Positions 39,635 to 46,632 of a DNA stretch of 64,000 bases are shown piece after piece. The stretch's first letter is position 1. Each line of letters begins with the position of its first letter. Position numbers and translations under genes: made by a program. The stretch is taken from positions 186,001-250,000 of IMG/VR virus record IMGVR_UViG_3300031669_000001; one strand, given 5' to 3'. The notes under the pieces are model-generated. The model was not told the DNA's origin and ran no database searches. It was given only the letters and a program-made list of their open reading frames with translations.

Positions 39635-39902
39635 AATACAAAGATCCCGCCGCTCACCAAAGCTGAGTACTAACGTTATTTCTTCTGCGCATTTTCTCGA
39701 GATTGTCGTAAAGCATTAAATCTCGGAAAAGTATTAATGCTGGAACTGGAAGATTTCAGCGTTTCATTCAATAACGCGTTCTCTTCCTCTCGTGTGAAAG
39801 GTTTACCTTTCATATATGCTTCTTCTTTAGTTGTGAATTTCATTGGGTAATCTCCTTAAAGATGAATAATATCATCCTTTTTGAGATAAGTACATTATTC
39901 TC

Positions 39903-39978
39903 TGGTCCCTCCCCGCGGGATCGAACCGCATCCTCTGGATTTTCAGTCCAGCGTACACACCAGTTATACGAAAGAGGG
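39903..39978 (-). tRNA. tRNA-Phe(GAA)
   Basis: Loop CTGAAAA, CCA. Confidence 0.85.
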
Positions 39979-39982
39979 ATGT

Positions 39983-40058
39983 TGGCAGGAGGTGTGAGAA
40001 TCGAACTCGACTAACCTTGCTTCAAAGGCAAGTATGCATACCATTGCATATACCTCCA
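39983..40058 (-). tRNA. tRNA-Gln(TTG)
   Basis: Loop CTTTGAA, G73, CCA. Confidence 0.75.
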
Positions 40059-40247
40059 ACATTCATTTGTGTTCTGGTCGTAACTCCAGCAGCTGATATT
40101 AGCCTCAATCTCCTGTTCCACGCTTCCAGCTTGCAAACCTTTCACGCTTCGACCTCAGAGGCACATGCCATGTTCTATAACGCTTCATTCGCGACTTCCA
40201 CGTTACGTCAGCCAGACATTCGATAACTTGCACTTGCTACACAAATT

Positions 40248-40321
40248 TGGCAGCCCCCGCTGGAATCGAACCAGCGTCTTCGGAGTCAGAGTCCGACACC
40301 CTACCATTAGACCAGGGGGCA
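40248..40321 (-). tRNA. tRNA-Gln(CTG)
   Basis: Loop CTCTGAC, CCA. Confidence 0.85.
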
Positions 40322-40330
40322 ATTGTTGTG

Positions 40331-40399
40331 CGGCCCAGGAAGGAGTCGAACCCTCTGCAGTCTGACTCAAAATCAAACGCGTATCCGATACACCAGGCA
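40331..40399 (-). tRNA. tRNA-Gln(TTG), miniature D arm
   Basis: Loop TTTTGAG, T arm intact, no CCA. Confidence 0.6.
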
Positions 40400-40430
40400 A
40401 TCTGGAGTTTTTGAAACTCCAGTTTAAAAC

Positions 40431-41195
40431 TTAACTTCTTAAATCCGCCATTAACTCTTCAAGTTCTTGAAGAGTCAAGTTCAACGGGGTTTTACCCGTC
40501 GTTTCAATCCATGACTTATCCACTATAGCGTACACTTCATCTGTGTACCTTGAGAAGAATTCCCAAGTCATCTTGTACTTTTTACCCCAAGATACGCAAG
40601 TAGGTCCTTGATCGTCATAAGCAATCAAGATGATAGCGTGACCACCTTCTGTAGCAGCAAGGTTAGGATCTTGACTCACCGTCCAAACTTGAGGAGGTTC
40701 ACCTGCCGCAAACATACTATTTGGGACGTTGAAGCCGATGTAAGCTAGACCGAATTCTGCGATAGTAAGCTTCACATCGTTGATGTTATTGTGATCGACT
40801 TCCATGAAGCCTAAGATCTTGTCACGAGTTCCATCACCTAACGGAATTCCTTCATTCAACAGGTACTGTAAAACGTACTGCTCAACTCCGCCTTGATCAG
40901 TTGCAGGATTCTGTGGGTTGTAACCTGTAGCAGCCTCGTAAAGATTCAAGACGCATCTGTCAGGTTCTGTTTGCTCTGTCAGCGTGTTAGCTGTCCAGAT
41001 CTGTCTTGCATGATAGACCGCAGCGCAGGTGCAATCTCCCAATCTATCATTGAGCATAACACCAAAGTCTGTGATGTTGTGCGACCAGTCAATAGCGGCT
41101 GGTGGGGTCGGTAGCGGTTTACCGTAAACTGCCCGCATATTTTTTATTTTAGGATTGAACGCTCTTGCCTGACGGCCGAGTTTCATCTTCATCAT
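40431..41195 (-). CDS. papain-fold cysteine peptidase-like protein
   Basis: GDCTCAA, GGHA.....YD, SWG; late promoter upstream. Confidence 0.75.
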   Translation of the reverse strand: MMKMKLGRQARAFNPKIKNMRAVYGKPLPTPPAAIDWSHNITDFGVMLNDRLGDCTCAAVYHARQIWTANTLTEQTEPDRCVLNLYEAATGYNPQNPATDQGGVEQYVLQYLLNEGIPLGDGTRDKILGFMEVDHNNINDVKLTIAEFGLAYIGFNVPNSMFAAGEPPQVWTVSQDPNLAATEGGHAIILIAYDDQGPTCVSWGKKYKMTWEFFSRYTDEVYAIVDKSWIETTGKTPLNLTLQELEELMADLRS

Positions 41196-41245
41196 AATAC
41201 CTCCTTGAAAGATTACTGGAGATATTTATGGACAAACTTGTATGG

Positions 41246-41316
41246 TAGCAGAGAATAAAACGTCGATGGGTATGGTTTCATTGTGAGCGAAGTAACCCGT
41301 GACTGCGCAGCTGCTA
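41246..41316 (-). ncRNA. Y-RNA-like handle family, copy 1 (minimal)
   Basis: TAGCA-GCTGCG...GTTACTTCG...TTATTCTC-TGCTA. Confidence 0.7.
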
Positions 41317-41390
41317 TGGTCCTTTCTGCAAGAATCGGACTTGCATCTATCGATTATCGGTCGATTGCTCTACCACTGAGCTAAGAAAGG
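41317..41390 (-). tRNA. tRNA-Ile(GAT), C33
   Basis: Loop CCGATAA, CCA. Confidence 0.8.
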
Positions 41391-41535
41391 ATTTGATCCT
41401 TGGCATCTTCTAAACCTTTGAAGAAGGCTTCGTTTGTGCCAGTGAATTCTATTCGTATAACTTTCATCTTCAAAACTTCCTGAAGGTACTTATCTTATAT
41501 CGAACCGCTTCTTTCGTGTTATGCTAAATGTACAG

Positions 41536-41612
41536 TGGGGTGAGCGACGGGAATTGAACCCGCTCTAAAAGCTTCACAGGCTTCGTTGCTGAACCATTAC
41601 AATACGCCCACC
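41536..41612 (-). tRNA. tRNA-His(GTG)
   Basis: Loop CTGTGAA, G-1, CCCA. Confidence 0.85.
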
Positions 41613-41630
41613 CCGATGTACACTTTAATT

Positions 41631-41704
41631 TGGTAGTCCCGGTCGGAATCGAACCGACGTGTTTCGCTAATCGGGCGAACACCTTACCATTAGATGACAG
41701 GACT
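41631..41704 (-). tRNA. tRNA-Ile(GAT), C33/U37
   Basis: Loop CCGATTA, CCA. Confidence 0.75.
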
Positions 41705-41716
41705 ACAACGATTGAA

Positions 41717-41787
41717 CGACATACGGGGAATCGAACCCGCGATCTCCGGCGTGAAGGCCAGGGTTTTGTCCGTTAAACTACACATCT
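41717..41787 (-). tRNA. Glu-like tRNA with a 6-nt anticodon loop (CTTCAC), no CCA
   Basis: D and T arms intact; stem CTGGC/GCCGG. Confidence 0.5.
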
Positions 41788-41870
41788 CAGATCTTTTTTC
41801 AAAACTTGCTGGAATCGATTAAAATCTGTCAATCGTGATCATATCCACGGCAGCAACCGCTTCAATAATT

Positions 41871-41945
41871 TGGCCGATTCGGTTGGATTTTCACCAACAC
41901 CTTCCCACCTTGTAGTGGGCCCTCTAAGAATTGAACTACGAATCG
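41871..41945 (-). tRNA. atypical tRNA of undetermined anticodon
   Basis: CGATTCG/CGAATCG-G-CCA; CCCAC-TACAAG-GTGGG; T loop TGAAAAT. Confidence 0.5.
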
Positions 41946-41949
41946 ATTA

Positions 41950-42025
41950 TGGTGGGTACCGTGGGATTCGAACCCACATCTTACGGATTAAGAGTCCGCC
42001 GTAATAGCCATTATACTAGATACCC
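41950..42025 (-). tRNA. tRNA-Lys(CTT)
   Basis: Loop CTCTTAA, CCA. Confidence 0.88.
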
Positions 42026-42122
42026 AAATAAGATCGTGTGGATTCGAACCACCACCGCGCTTAGAGCAGCACTCATCACGCTCTTATGGATTTTACCGGG
42101 AGCCATACCGGAAGTACGATCT

Positions 42123-42199
42123 TGGTCGGAATGGAGGGATTCGAACTCTCGACATCTTGCTCCCAAAGCAAGCGCACTACCAGGCTGTGCTACATTCCG
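42123..42199 (-). tRNA. tRNA-Pro(TGG)
   Basis: Loop TTTGGGA, CCA. Confidence 0.9.
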
Positions 42200-42267
42200 A
42201 TGTGCAACTCTCATCTAAGGTTGAATCATCCTGTCACCAGACCTGACCAATCCGAAAAGTTGTTGCA

Positions 42268-42342
42268 TGGTACACCCAACCGGATTCGAACCGGTATTTC
42301 CTGATTGAGGGTCAAGCGACCTAGCCGTTAGTCGATGAGTGT
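42268..42342 (-). tRNA. tRNA-Glu(CTC), C33
   Basis: Loop CCCTCAA, CCA. Confidence 0.8.
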
Positions 42343-42361
42343 AAAGTGTTTCTCATTATAG

Positions 42362-42420
42362 TCAATTCCTTTTGTTTGAATCGATAAAAGCATTATAACA
42401 CGATCTACAGAAAAGTACAC
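42362..42420 (-). repeat. about 60-bp early promoter/SD cassette, near-identical at 48379-48438 and partial at 46881-46919
   Basis: Shared GTTTGAATCGATAAAAGCATTATAACA.GATCTACAGAAAAGTACAC. Confidence 0.85.
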
Positions 42421-42540
42421 AACTATTTAAGTGAAAACGAAATTATTTTTGATAAACTCTGCAGTCGAATCTTCATTCGTGTACAACTTGAACTCGTTAG
42501 CGCCCATGTTGAAGTTCAATGTATCACCTAGTGTACATTT

Positions 42541-42618
42541 TGGTCAGGATGGTCGGATTCGAACCGACGGTCTCTCACTTCCGAGGCGAGTGGATTAGCC
42601 AGACTTTCCCACACCCTG
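42541..42618 (-). tRNA. tRNA-Pro(CGG)
   Basis: Loop CTCGGAA, CCA. Confidence 0.85.
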
Positions 42619-42620
42619 AT

Positions 42621-42742
42621 TGGTGGACATCACGAGAATCGAACTCGCTATCTTCAGGCGAAGCATATACCAAAGTTTACACTCATCCAGAGACCCCCAT
42701 TTGGTGGAGATTACGGGAATCGAACCCGCATACCTGATGCCC
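42621..42742 (-). ncRNA. two tandem tRNA-Ala-like pieces with swapped acceptor strands
   Basis: Two T arms and two ACCA ends; GGGCATC pairs 7/7 with the distal GATGTCC. Confidence 0.6.
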
Positions 42743-42744
42743 AT

Positions 42745-42819
42745 TGGTGGAGGCCGAGGGAGTTGAACCCTTCTAGACAAGATACTTGCAAGGCATCTCC
42801 GCAGCCCGCTGCTGCCCCC
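42745..42819 (-). tRNA. tRNA-Ala(TGC), atypical D arm
   Basis: G3:U70, loop CTTGCAA, CCA. Confidence 0.75.
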
Positions 42820-42829
42820 ATGAAACAAG

Positions 42830-42902
42830 TCCGATGTCCTAAGCCACTATGACGACCTCCAGCATTACCCGCTAGGCCGGGATTCGAACCCGGGTTTTCG
42901 GA
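42830..42902 (-). ncRNA. circularly permuted tRNA mimic
   Basis: TCCGA-T arm-closed acceptor-D arm-TCGGA. Confidence 0.7.
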
Positions 42903-42978
42903 AGGTGGAGGATGGGAGGTTCGAACTCCCGACCTATAGCTTGCAAAGCTACCGCTCTCCCAGCTGAGCTAATCCCCC
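42903..42978 (-). tRNA. tRNA-Ala(TGC)
   Basis: G3:U70, loop TTTGCAA. Confidence 0.9.
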
Positions 42979-42983
42979 ATCGT

Positions 42984-43051
42984 GACGGTGCTTTCCCACT
43001 AAGCTACTACCGATTTCTCAGTAGACAGGATTTGAACCATGTGTCTCCGCC
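42984..43051 (-). ncRNA. circularly permuted tRNA mimic
   Basis: GGCGG-T arm-CTACTGA GAAA TCGGTAG-TA-D arm-CCGTC. Confidence 0.75.
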
Positions 43052-43125
43052 GGTGCCCCCACACGGAATCGAACCGCGGTATCCTGATTACAAAACAGGT
43101 GTAATGACCATTATACGACAGGGGC
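43051..43125 (-). tRNA. tRNA-Thr(TGT)
   Basis: Loop TTTGTAA. Confidence 0.85.
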
Positions 43126-43131
43126 TTTATT

Positions 43132-43207
43132 TGGTACAGACGATTGGGATCGAACCAATATCCTCGGGGTTTCAAGCCGATACATGAACCATCATTGTTA
43201 CGTCTGC
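43132..43207 (-). tRNA. tRNA-Phe(GAA)
   Basis: Loop TTGAAAC, CCA. Confidence 0.75.
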
Positions 43208-43210
43208 ATT

Positions 43211-43319
43211 AAGTAGAGTAAAAGTTGTTTAGAGCTATTGCCACCTTGGCACCCCTGCTCTTGAAGAGCAGGGGATTAGAATCGAACTAACGAAGTATCT
43301 CTTAACATTGCAACTACTT
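43211..43319 (-). ncRNA. Y-RNA-like handle family, copy 2 (T-acceptor-D module)
   Basis: AAGTA-GTTGCA...GATACTTCG, T loop TTCGATT, 10-bp closed stem, TTTTACTC-TACTT. Confidence 0.75.
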
Positions 43320-43392
43320 GGTGGTGAGTGAAGGTATCGATCCTTCGTCTAAGCCTTATGAGAGCCTTGTTCTACCTTTGAACTAAATCACC
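43319..43392 (-). tRNA. tRNA-Met(CAT)
   Basis: Loop CTCATAA, CCA. Confidence 0.8.
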
Positions 43393-43416
43393 ACGATAGC
43401 TTTACCTATCGGAATA

Positions 43417-43492
43417 CGGTGGGTGCACTCGGTGTCGAACCGAAACTCTTAGGGTAAAAGCCTAATGTGCAGAGCCGCTACACTATACACCC
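43417..43492 (-). tRNA. tRNA-Lys(TTT)
   Basis: Loop CTTTTAC. Confidence 0.82.
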
Positions 43493-43499
43493 AAACTTC

Positions 43500-43591
43500 G
43501 GGTGGGACTGGTGGGATTCGAACCCACGATGTGAGCTTTCGCATGTACCGGATTAAAAGTCCGGTGTCTTCAACCTCTTGACTACAGACCC
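43500..43591 (-). tRNA. tRNA-Lys(TTT) with long variable arm
   Basis: Loop CTTTTAA, about 20-nt variable region. Confidence 0.78.
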
Positions 43592-43681
43592 ATTAAACAG
43601 CTTTGGAATCAGAGGTTGATTTACCAAAGCCATGGGTAGAAAATCGTTCCATGGCACATACTCCTTTTGTTGAAATTAAAT

Positions 43682-43756
43682 TGGTCCGCCCACGTGGAAT
43701 CGAACCACGGACCGGAGTTTAGAAGACTCCTGTTATATCCACTTAACTATGGGCAG
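43682..43756 (-). tRNA. tRNA-Arg(TCT)
   Basis: Loop CTTCTAA, CCA; 5' end overlaps the endonuclease stop codon. Confidence 0.88.
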
Positions 43757-44379
43757 AAACATTTTCTTCCTTTTGACCACCCTTGATCTAGGTAAGTCTG
43801 AAGAATATCTTTCTTGATCTTGATGGTTTTCTGTTGCTTTTCTGAGAAGATCCAGCAAGATCCAAATTGAGAGTTTCTATCACCGGATTGAGCAGATCTC
43901 ATTTTAGCTTTCGTATCTTCAGAGTGAGTCTTTCCGAACATCGGATTAGAGTCTGCTGAATTCAAATCGCTTAATTTTGCTCTTGATTCATATGAATGAG
44001 ATTTCCCTTGGAATTTTCCCTTGCCCATATTTGATTTTCTTGCAGCATTACTTGCATTGGACTCTATGCAGAACCCATTTCTTCTAATCTTTGTGATGTA
44101 TTCAAATCCACCGGTGCCGCCTCTTCTGAGGTTGTAGACATCATCACGAGAAAGAAACTCATCACTAACAATTTCTTTCTCCCTCGCATACATAGCTTCC
44201 GAATTCTCGAAAGTCTCAAGTATGACTTTTTCAAAGTTTTCGATCCCGTATCTTTTGATAGCACGACCGATAACTTTTCCAGAGCCCATGTACCCATCAT
44301 CAAAATTCTTGGTCTTATGAACTCCAACGTAGATTTTTCCATTCACCATGTTGGTGATTTGATAGATGCAATATTTCAT
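43747..44379 (-). CDS. GIY-YIG homing endonuclease (Seg-like) with NUMOD3 repeats
   Basis: CIY.ITN..NGKIYVG, YMGSG, YNL..GG.GG, GK.HS repeats. Confidence 0.9.
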   Translation of the reverse strand: MKYCIYQITNMVNGKIYVGVHKTKNFDDGYMGSGKVIGRAIKRYGIENFEKVILETFENSEAMYAREKEIVSDEFLSRDDVYNLRRGGTGGFEYITKIRRNGFCIESNASNAARKSNMGKGKFQGKSHSYESRAKLSDLNSADSNPMFGKTHSEDTKAKMRSAQSGDRNSQFGSCWIFSEKQQKTIKIKKDILQTYLDQGWSKGRKCFCP

Positions 44380-44408
44380 GCTTCTATTTATGGAGAATCC
44401 ACAACGTG

Positions 44409-44477
44409 TTGCGAACCCGGAATCGAACCGGCCTGATGGGTTATGAGCCCAACATGCGCCACTACATCTTTATCGCG
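44409..44477 (-). tRNA. initiator-like tRNA(CAT), atypical, no CCA
   Basis: C1xA72 mismatch, GGG/CCC anticodon stem. Confidence 0.6.
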
Positions 44478-44550
44478 GTCTCTCCGGCTGGACTCGAACC
44501 AGCATCGTCTGCGTTCCAAACACAGTGAACAACCTTTATCCCACAGAGAG
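44476..44550 (-). tRNA. tRNA-Pro(TGG)
   Basis: Loop TTTGGAA. Confidence 0.8.
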
Positions 44551-44565
44551 AAGGGTACTACTAAT

Positions 44566-44643
44566 TGGCCCTGTTGAATGGGTTCACACCATTATCACGC
44601 CGCCTAGGTGGCAGCTAGCATTGTAGTTTATGCTTACAACAGG
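44566..44643 (-). tRNA. atypical tRNA, nominally Arg(CCT), A33
   Basis: CCTGTTG/CAACAGG-G-CCA, loop CACCTAG, T loop TGTGAAC. Confidence 0.55.
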
Positions 44644-44647
44644 ATTG

Positions 44648-44723
44648 TGGCGTTCGCGGAGGGGATTGAACCCTCTTCTGGAGATTGAAAGTCTCCTGTC
44701 CTAACCATGTAGACGACGCGAAC
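44648..44723 (-). tRNA. tRNA-Glu(TTC)
   Basis: Loop CTTTCAA, CCA. Confidence 0.87.
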
Positions 44724-44918
44724 ATGAATGTAGCCTAAGCACCGACAGATAGGTTGCGATCCTACCCTGTTGCTCGAGTATGACACTGTCGTGGCATTCT
44801 CTTCTTCACAAGAGACCTCAGTTGTGACTTACGATCTCTTGATCATCTACATTGAGACTTCGTTACACTCGTACACCGAGCAATGACCGACGAGATAAAC
44901 TCGACGATCACCGAAGTC

Positions 44919-44992
44919 TGGCGGGCCAGAGGGGTGTCGAACCCCCGCGTGAAAATAGACAGTTTTCCATACTACCGTTATATGACTGACCC
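44919..44992 (-). tRNA. tRNA-Asp(GTC)
   Basis: Loop CTGTCTA, G73, CCA. Confidence 0.83.
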
Positions 44993-45046
44993 GTGGGATG
45001 CTTCAATTTTTATAGACGCGGAAGCAAAGGTCGCGCCATTGTTTGG

Positions 45047-45131
45047 AGTCAGAGAAGATGTCGGCAAGAGTGACTGGGCGATGCCCAAGTTTTCCATAAA
45101 CGAAGTAACTCTCATTCCTATGCAACTGACT
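45047..45131 (-). ncRNA. Y-RNA-like handle family, copy 3 (single hairpin payload)
   Basis: AGTCA-GTTGCATAG...GTTACTTCG...TCTTCTC-TGACT. Confidence 0.72.
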
Positions 45132-45206
45132 TGGTACACCTGCAGGGAATCGAACCCTGTATTCCAGCTTGAAGGGCTGGCCACTCAACCAATTGTATTC
45201 AGGTGT
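45132..45206 (-). tRNA. tRNA-Glu(TTC), C33
   Basis: Loop CCTTCAA, CCA. Confidence 0.8.
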
Positions 45207-45209
45207 GCA

Positions 45210-45284
45210 AGGCTCCCCAGGCTGGATTCGAACCAACGACCAAGTGATTAACAGTCACCTACTCTACCACTGAGCTACTAGGGA
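45210..45284 (-). tRNA. tRNA-Asn(GTT)
   Basis: Loop CTGTTAA; overlaps the endonuclease stop codon. Confidence 0.88.
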
Positions 45285-45880
45285 ATTGTTACAAAATCTT
45301 TTGCTATTTGAATCCACTGTTTTGGATCTTTGTACATCTTTTGCCATTCTATTCTAAGTACTTTCCATCCAAAATCTTTCAAAAATTTATCTTTTCGTTC
45401 ATCACGTTCTCGATATTCTTGAAATCGTTTGTGTTGTTCACCGTCGATCTCAATGCAGAGACTTTTATGAACCCAGGCAAAGTCAAGAGAGAAGTTGCCT
45501 AAGGAATATTCGCGAACATAATTTTTATCTTCAAACTCGTTTTCGATAACTTTCATGAAAAACTTTTCTGGATAACTTGGCATGTTGTTCCACCGAGATT
45601 TACCAATATTCCAAGCTCGTCCTTCAGAATGAGCTTTCTTCATTGATTCGCTTGTTAGCTGTTTAGTTTTGGAAGAAGGAATATGACCAGGTTTTCCCTT
45701 AAGTGCGATAGAAATTTTATTGGACATCTTCCAGATTCTTGGATCAGATTTATTCAAACCTTTAGTCCAAGAATCTTTACCAGCAAAGGGTTTATGATCT
45801 TTACCAGAACCGTGTGTTCTCCAAATATGAGTTCCAATACCCATTTTAGAAAATTCTTTATCGCAAAATGTACATTTCAT
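45278..45880 (-). CDS. putative homing endonuclease (zinc finger + DUF559/Vsr-like domain)
   Basis: CxxC..H....H, S.PE, DFAW, IEIDG.QH, RD..KD, GW.VLR; start set to MKCTFC. Confidence 0.8.
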   Translation of the reverse strand: MKCTFCDKEFSKMGIGTHIWRTHGSGKDHKPFAGKDSWTKGLNKSDPRIWKMSNKISIALKGKPGHIPSSKTKQLTSESMKKAHSEGRAWNIGKSRWNNMPSYPEKFFMKVIENEFEDKNYVREYSLGNFSLDFAWVHKSLCIEIDGEQHKRFQEYRERDERKDKFLKDFGWKVLRIEWQKMYKDPKQWIQIAKDFVTIP

Positions 45881-45917
45881 GTTGAATTGTAACACAGTTG
45901 AGAAAATAAGAACATTA

Positions 45918-46011
45918 TGGCTCCCCCAGCAGGATTCGAACCTGCATACCGTTCGCGACGGACTACGAGTGGTTAACAGCCACTTCACTTGCCAGTTATG
46001 TGTACGGGGGA
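45918..46011 (-). tRNA. tRNA-Asn(GTT) with long variable arm
   Basis: Loop CTGTTAA, variable hairpin CCGT/ACGG, CCA. Confidence 0.8.
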
Positions 46012-46016
46012 ATGTT

Positions 46017-46091
46017 TGGCGGTGTTCAGAGGAGTTGAACCTCAATCAAAAGGCCTCGGTGGCCTCCGTGCTAACGTTACACTAAAACACC
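46017..46091 (-). tRNA. tRNA-Arg(CCG), A33
   Basis: Loop CACCGAG, CCA. Confidence 0.65.
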
Positions 46092-46093
46092 AT

Positions 46094-46168
46094 GGGACCC
46101 CCGCACTGGAATCGAACCAGTATCTAAACGTTCGTAGCGTTTCGTCGTGTCCATTGGACTAACGGGAG
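46094..46168 (-). tRNA. tRNA-Arg(ACG)
   Basis: Loop CTACGAA. Confidence 0.85.
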
Positions 46169-46170
46169 TT

Positions 46171-46246
46171 TGGTGCACGGTGAAGGACTCGAACCTTCAT
46201 AATCAATCTTGTAAGGATTGCGGCTGACCTCTCACACCAACCGTGC
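46171..46246 (-). tRNA. tRNA-Val(TAC)
   Basis: Loop CTTACAA, CCA. Confidence 0.82.
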
Positions 46247-46451
46247 ATTGAGCAGTGGACAACTTCATCCACTGCACGTGGCTAGATGAACTACTCTGCC
46301 ATGTAAGCGGTCGTTTTTTCACTCCACAAGAGGAGCTTCATCCCGATTAATGTAACGGCAACCGTTACAAGCCACGCCCTCATTCGTCTAATTTTAAAGT
46401 GCCGACAGCGATCGCGTTCCGCATTGCACTTTTTACTGCTTTGAAAACAAC

Positions 46452-46474
46452 CGAGGAACCTTGAAGGTTCCTCG
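46452..46474 (-). terminator. terminator-like hairpin in front of the tRNA array
   Basis: CGAGGAACCTT/AAGGTTCCTCG followed by GTTGTTTT. Confidence 0.6.
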
Positions 46475-46500
46475 CTTTTGGATTACTAATTTAGGTTCTC

Positions 46501-46632
46501 TTAGTTCTGAGTTCCTGCTCCAATTACGAGGTTCTTTACTCTTTCATTCACGGCTGGCTGATTTACCTCACGGTTAATCCTGCAATCGCGTGCATGTTGT
46601 GTAAAGGGTTTCATTGTTATGGTAGTTTTCAT
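46501..46632 (-). CDS. 43-aa leader-like peptide
   Basis: Starts just after TATAAATA (46638-46645) and ends just before the hairpin. Confidence 0.4.
   Translation of the reverse strand: MKTTITMKPFTQHARDCRINREVNQPAVNERVKNLVIGAGTQN

Larger units (their letters stand above)
38816..39671 (-). pseudogene. long-variable-arm tRNA split at the anticodon loop by an endonuclease + tRNA cassette
   Basis: 5' half AGTACTC...GGGAT-CTT at 39641-39671; 3' half ATCCT...T arm-GAGTACT-A-CCA at 38816-38878. Confidence 0.75.

Noticed and set aside
42200-42267. SRP-like RNA
   Set aside because: It has CAGG and a GNRA hairpin but lacks the AGCA side of the conserved loop.
45132-45206. Opal suppressor from loop CCTTCAA
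   Set aside because: With the 5-bp stem the anticodon is TTC, and the body resembles the Glu(CTC) tRNA.
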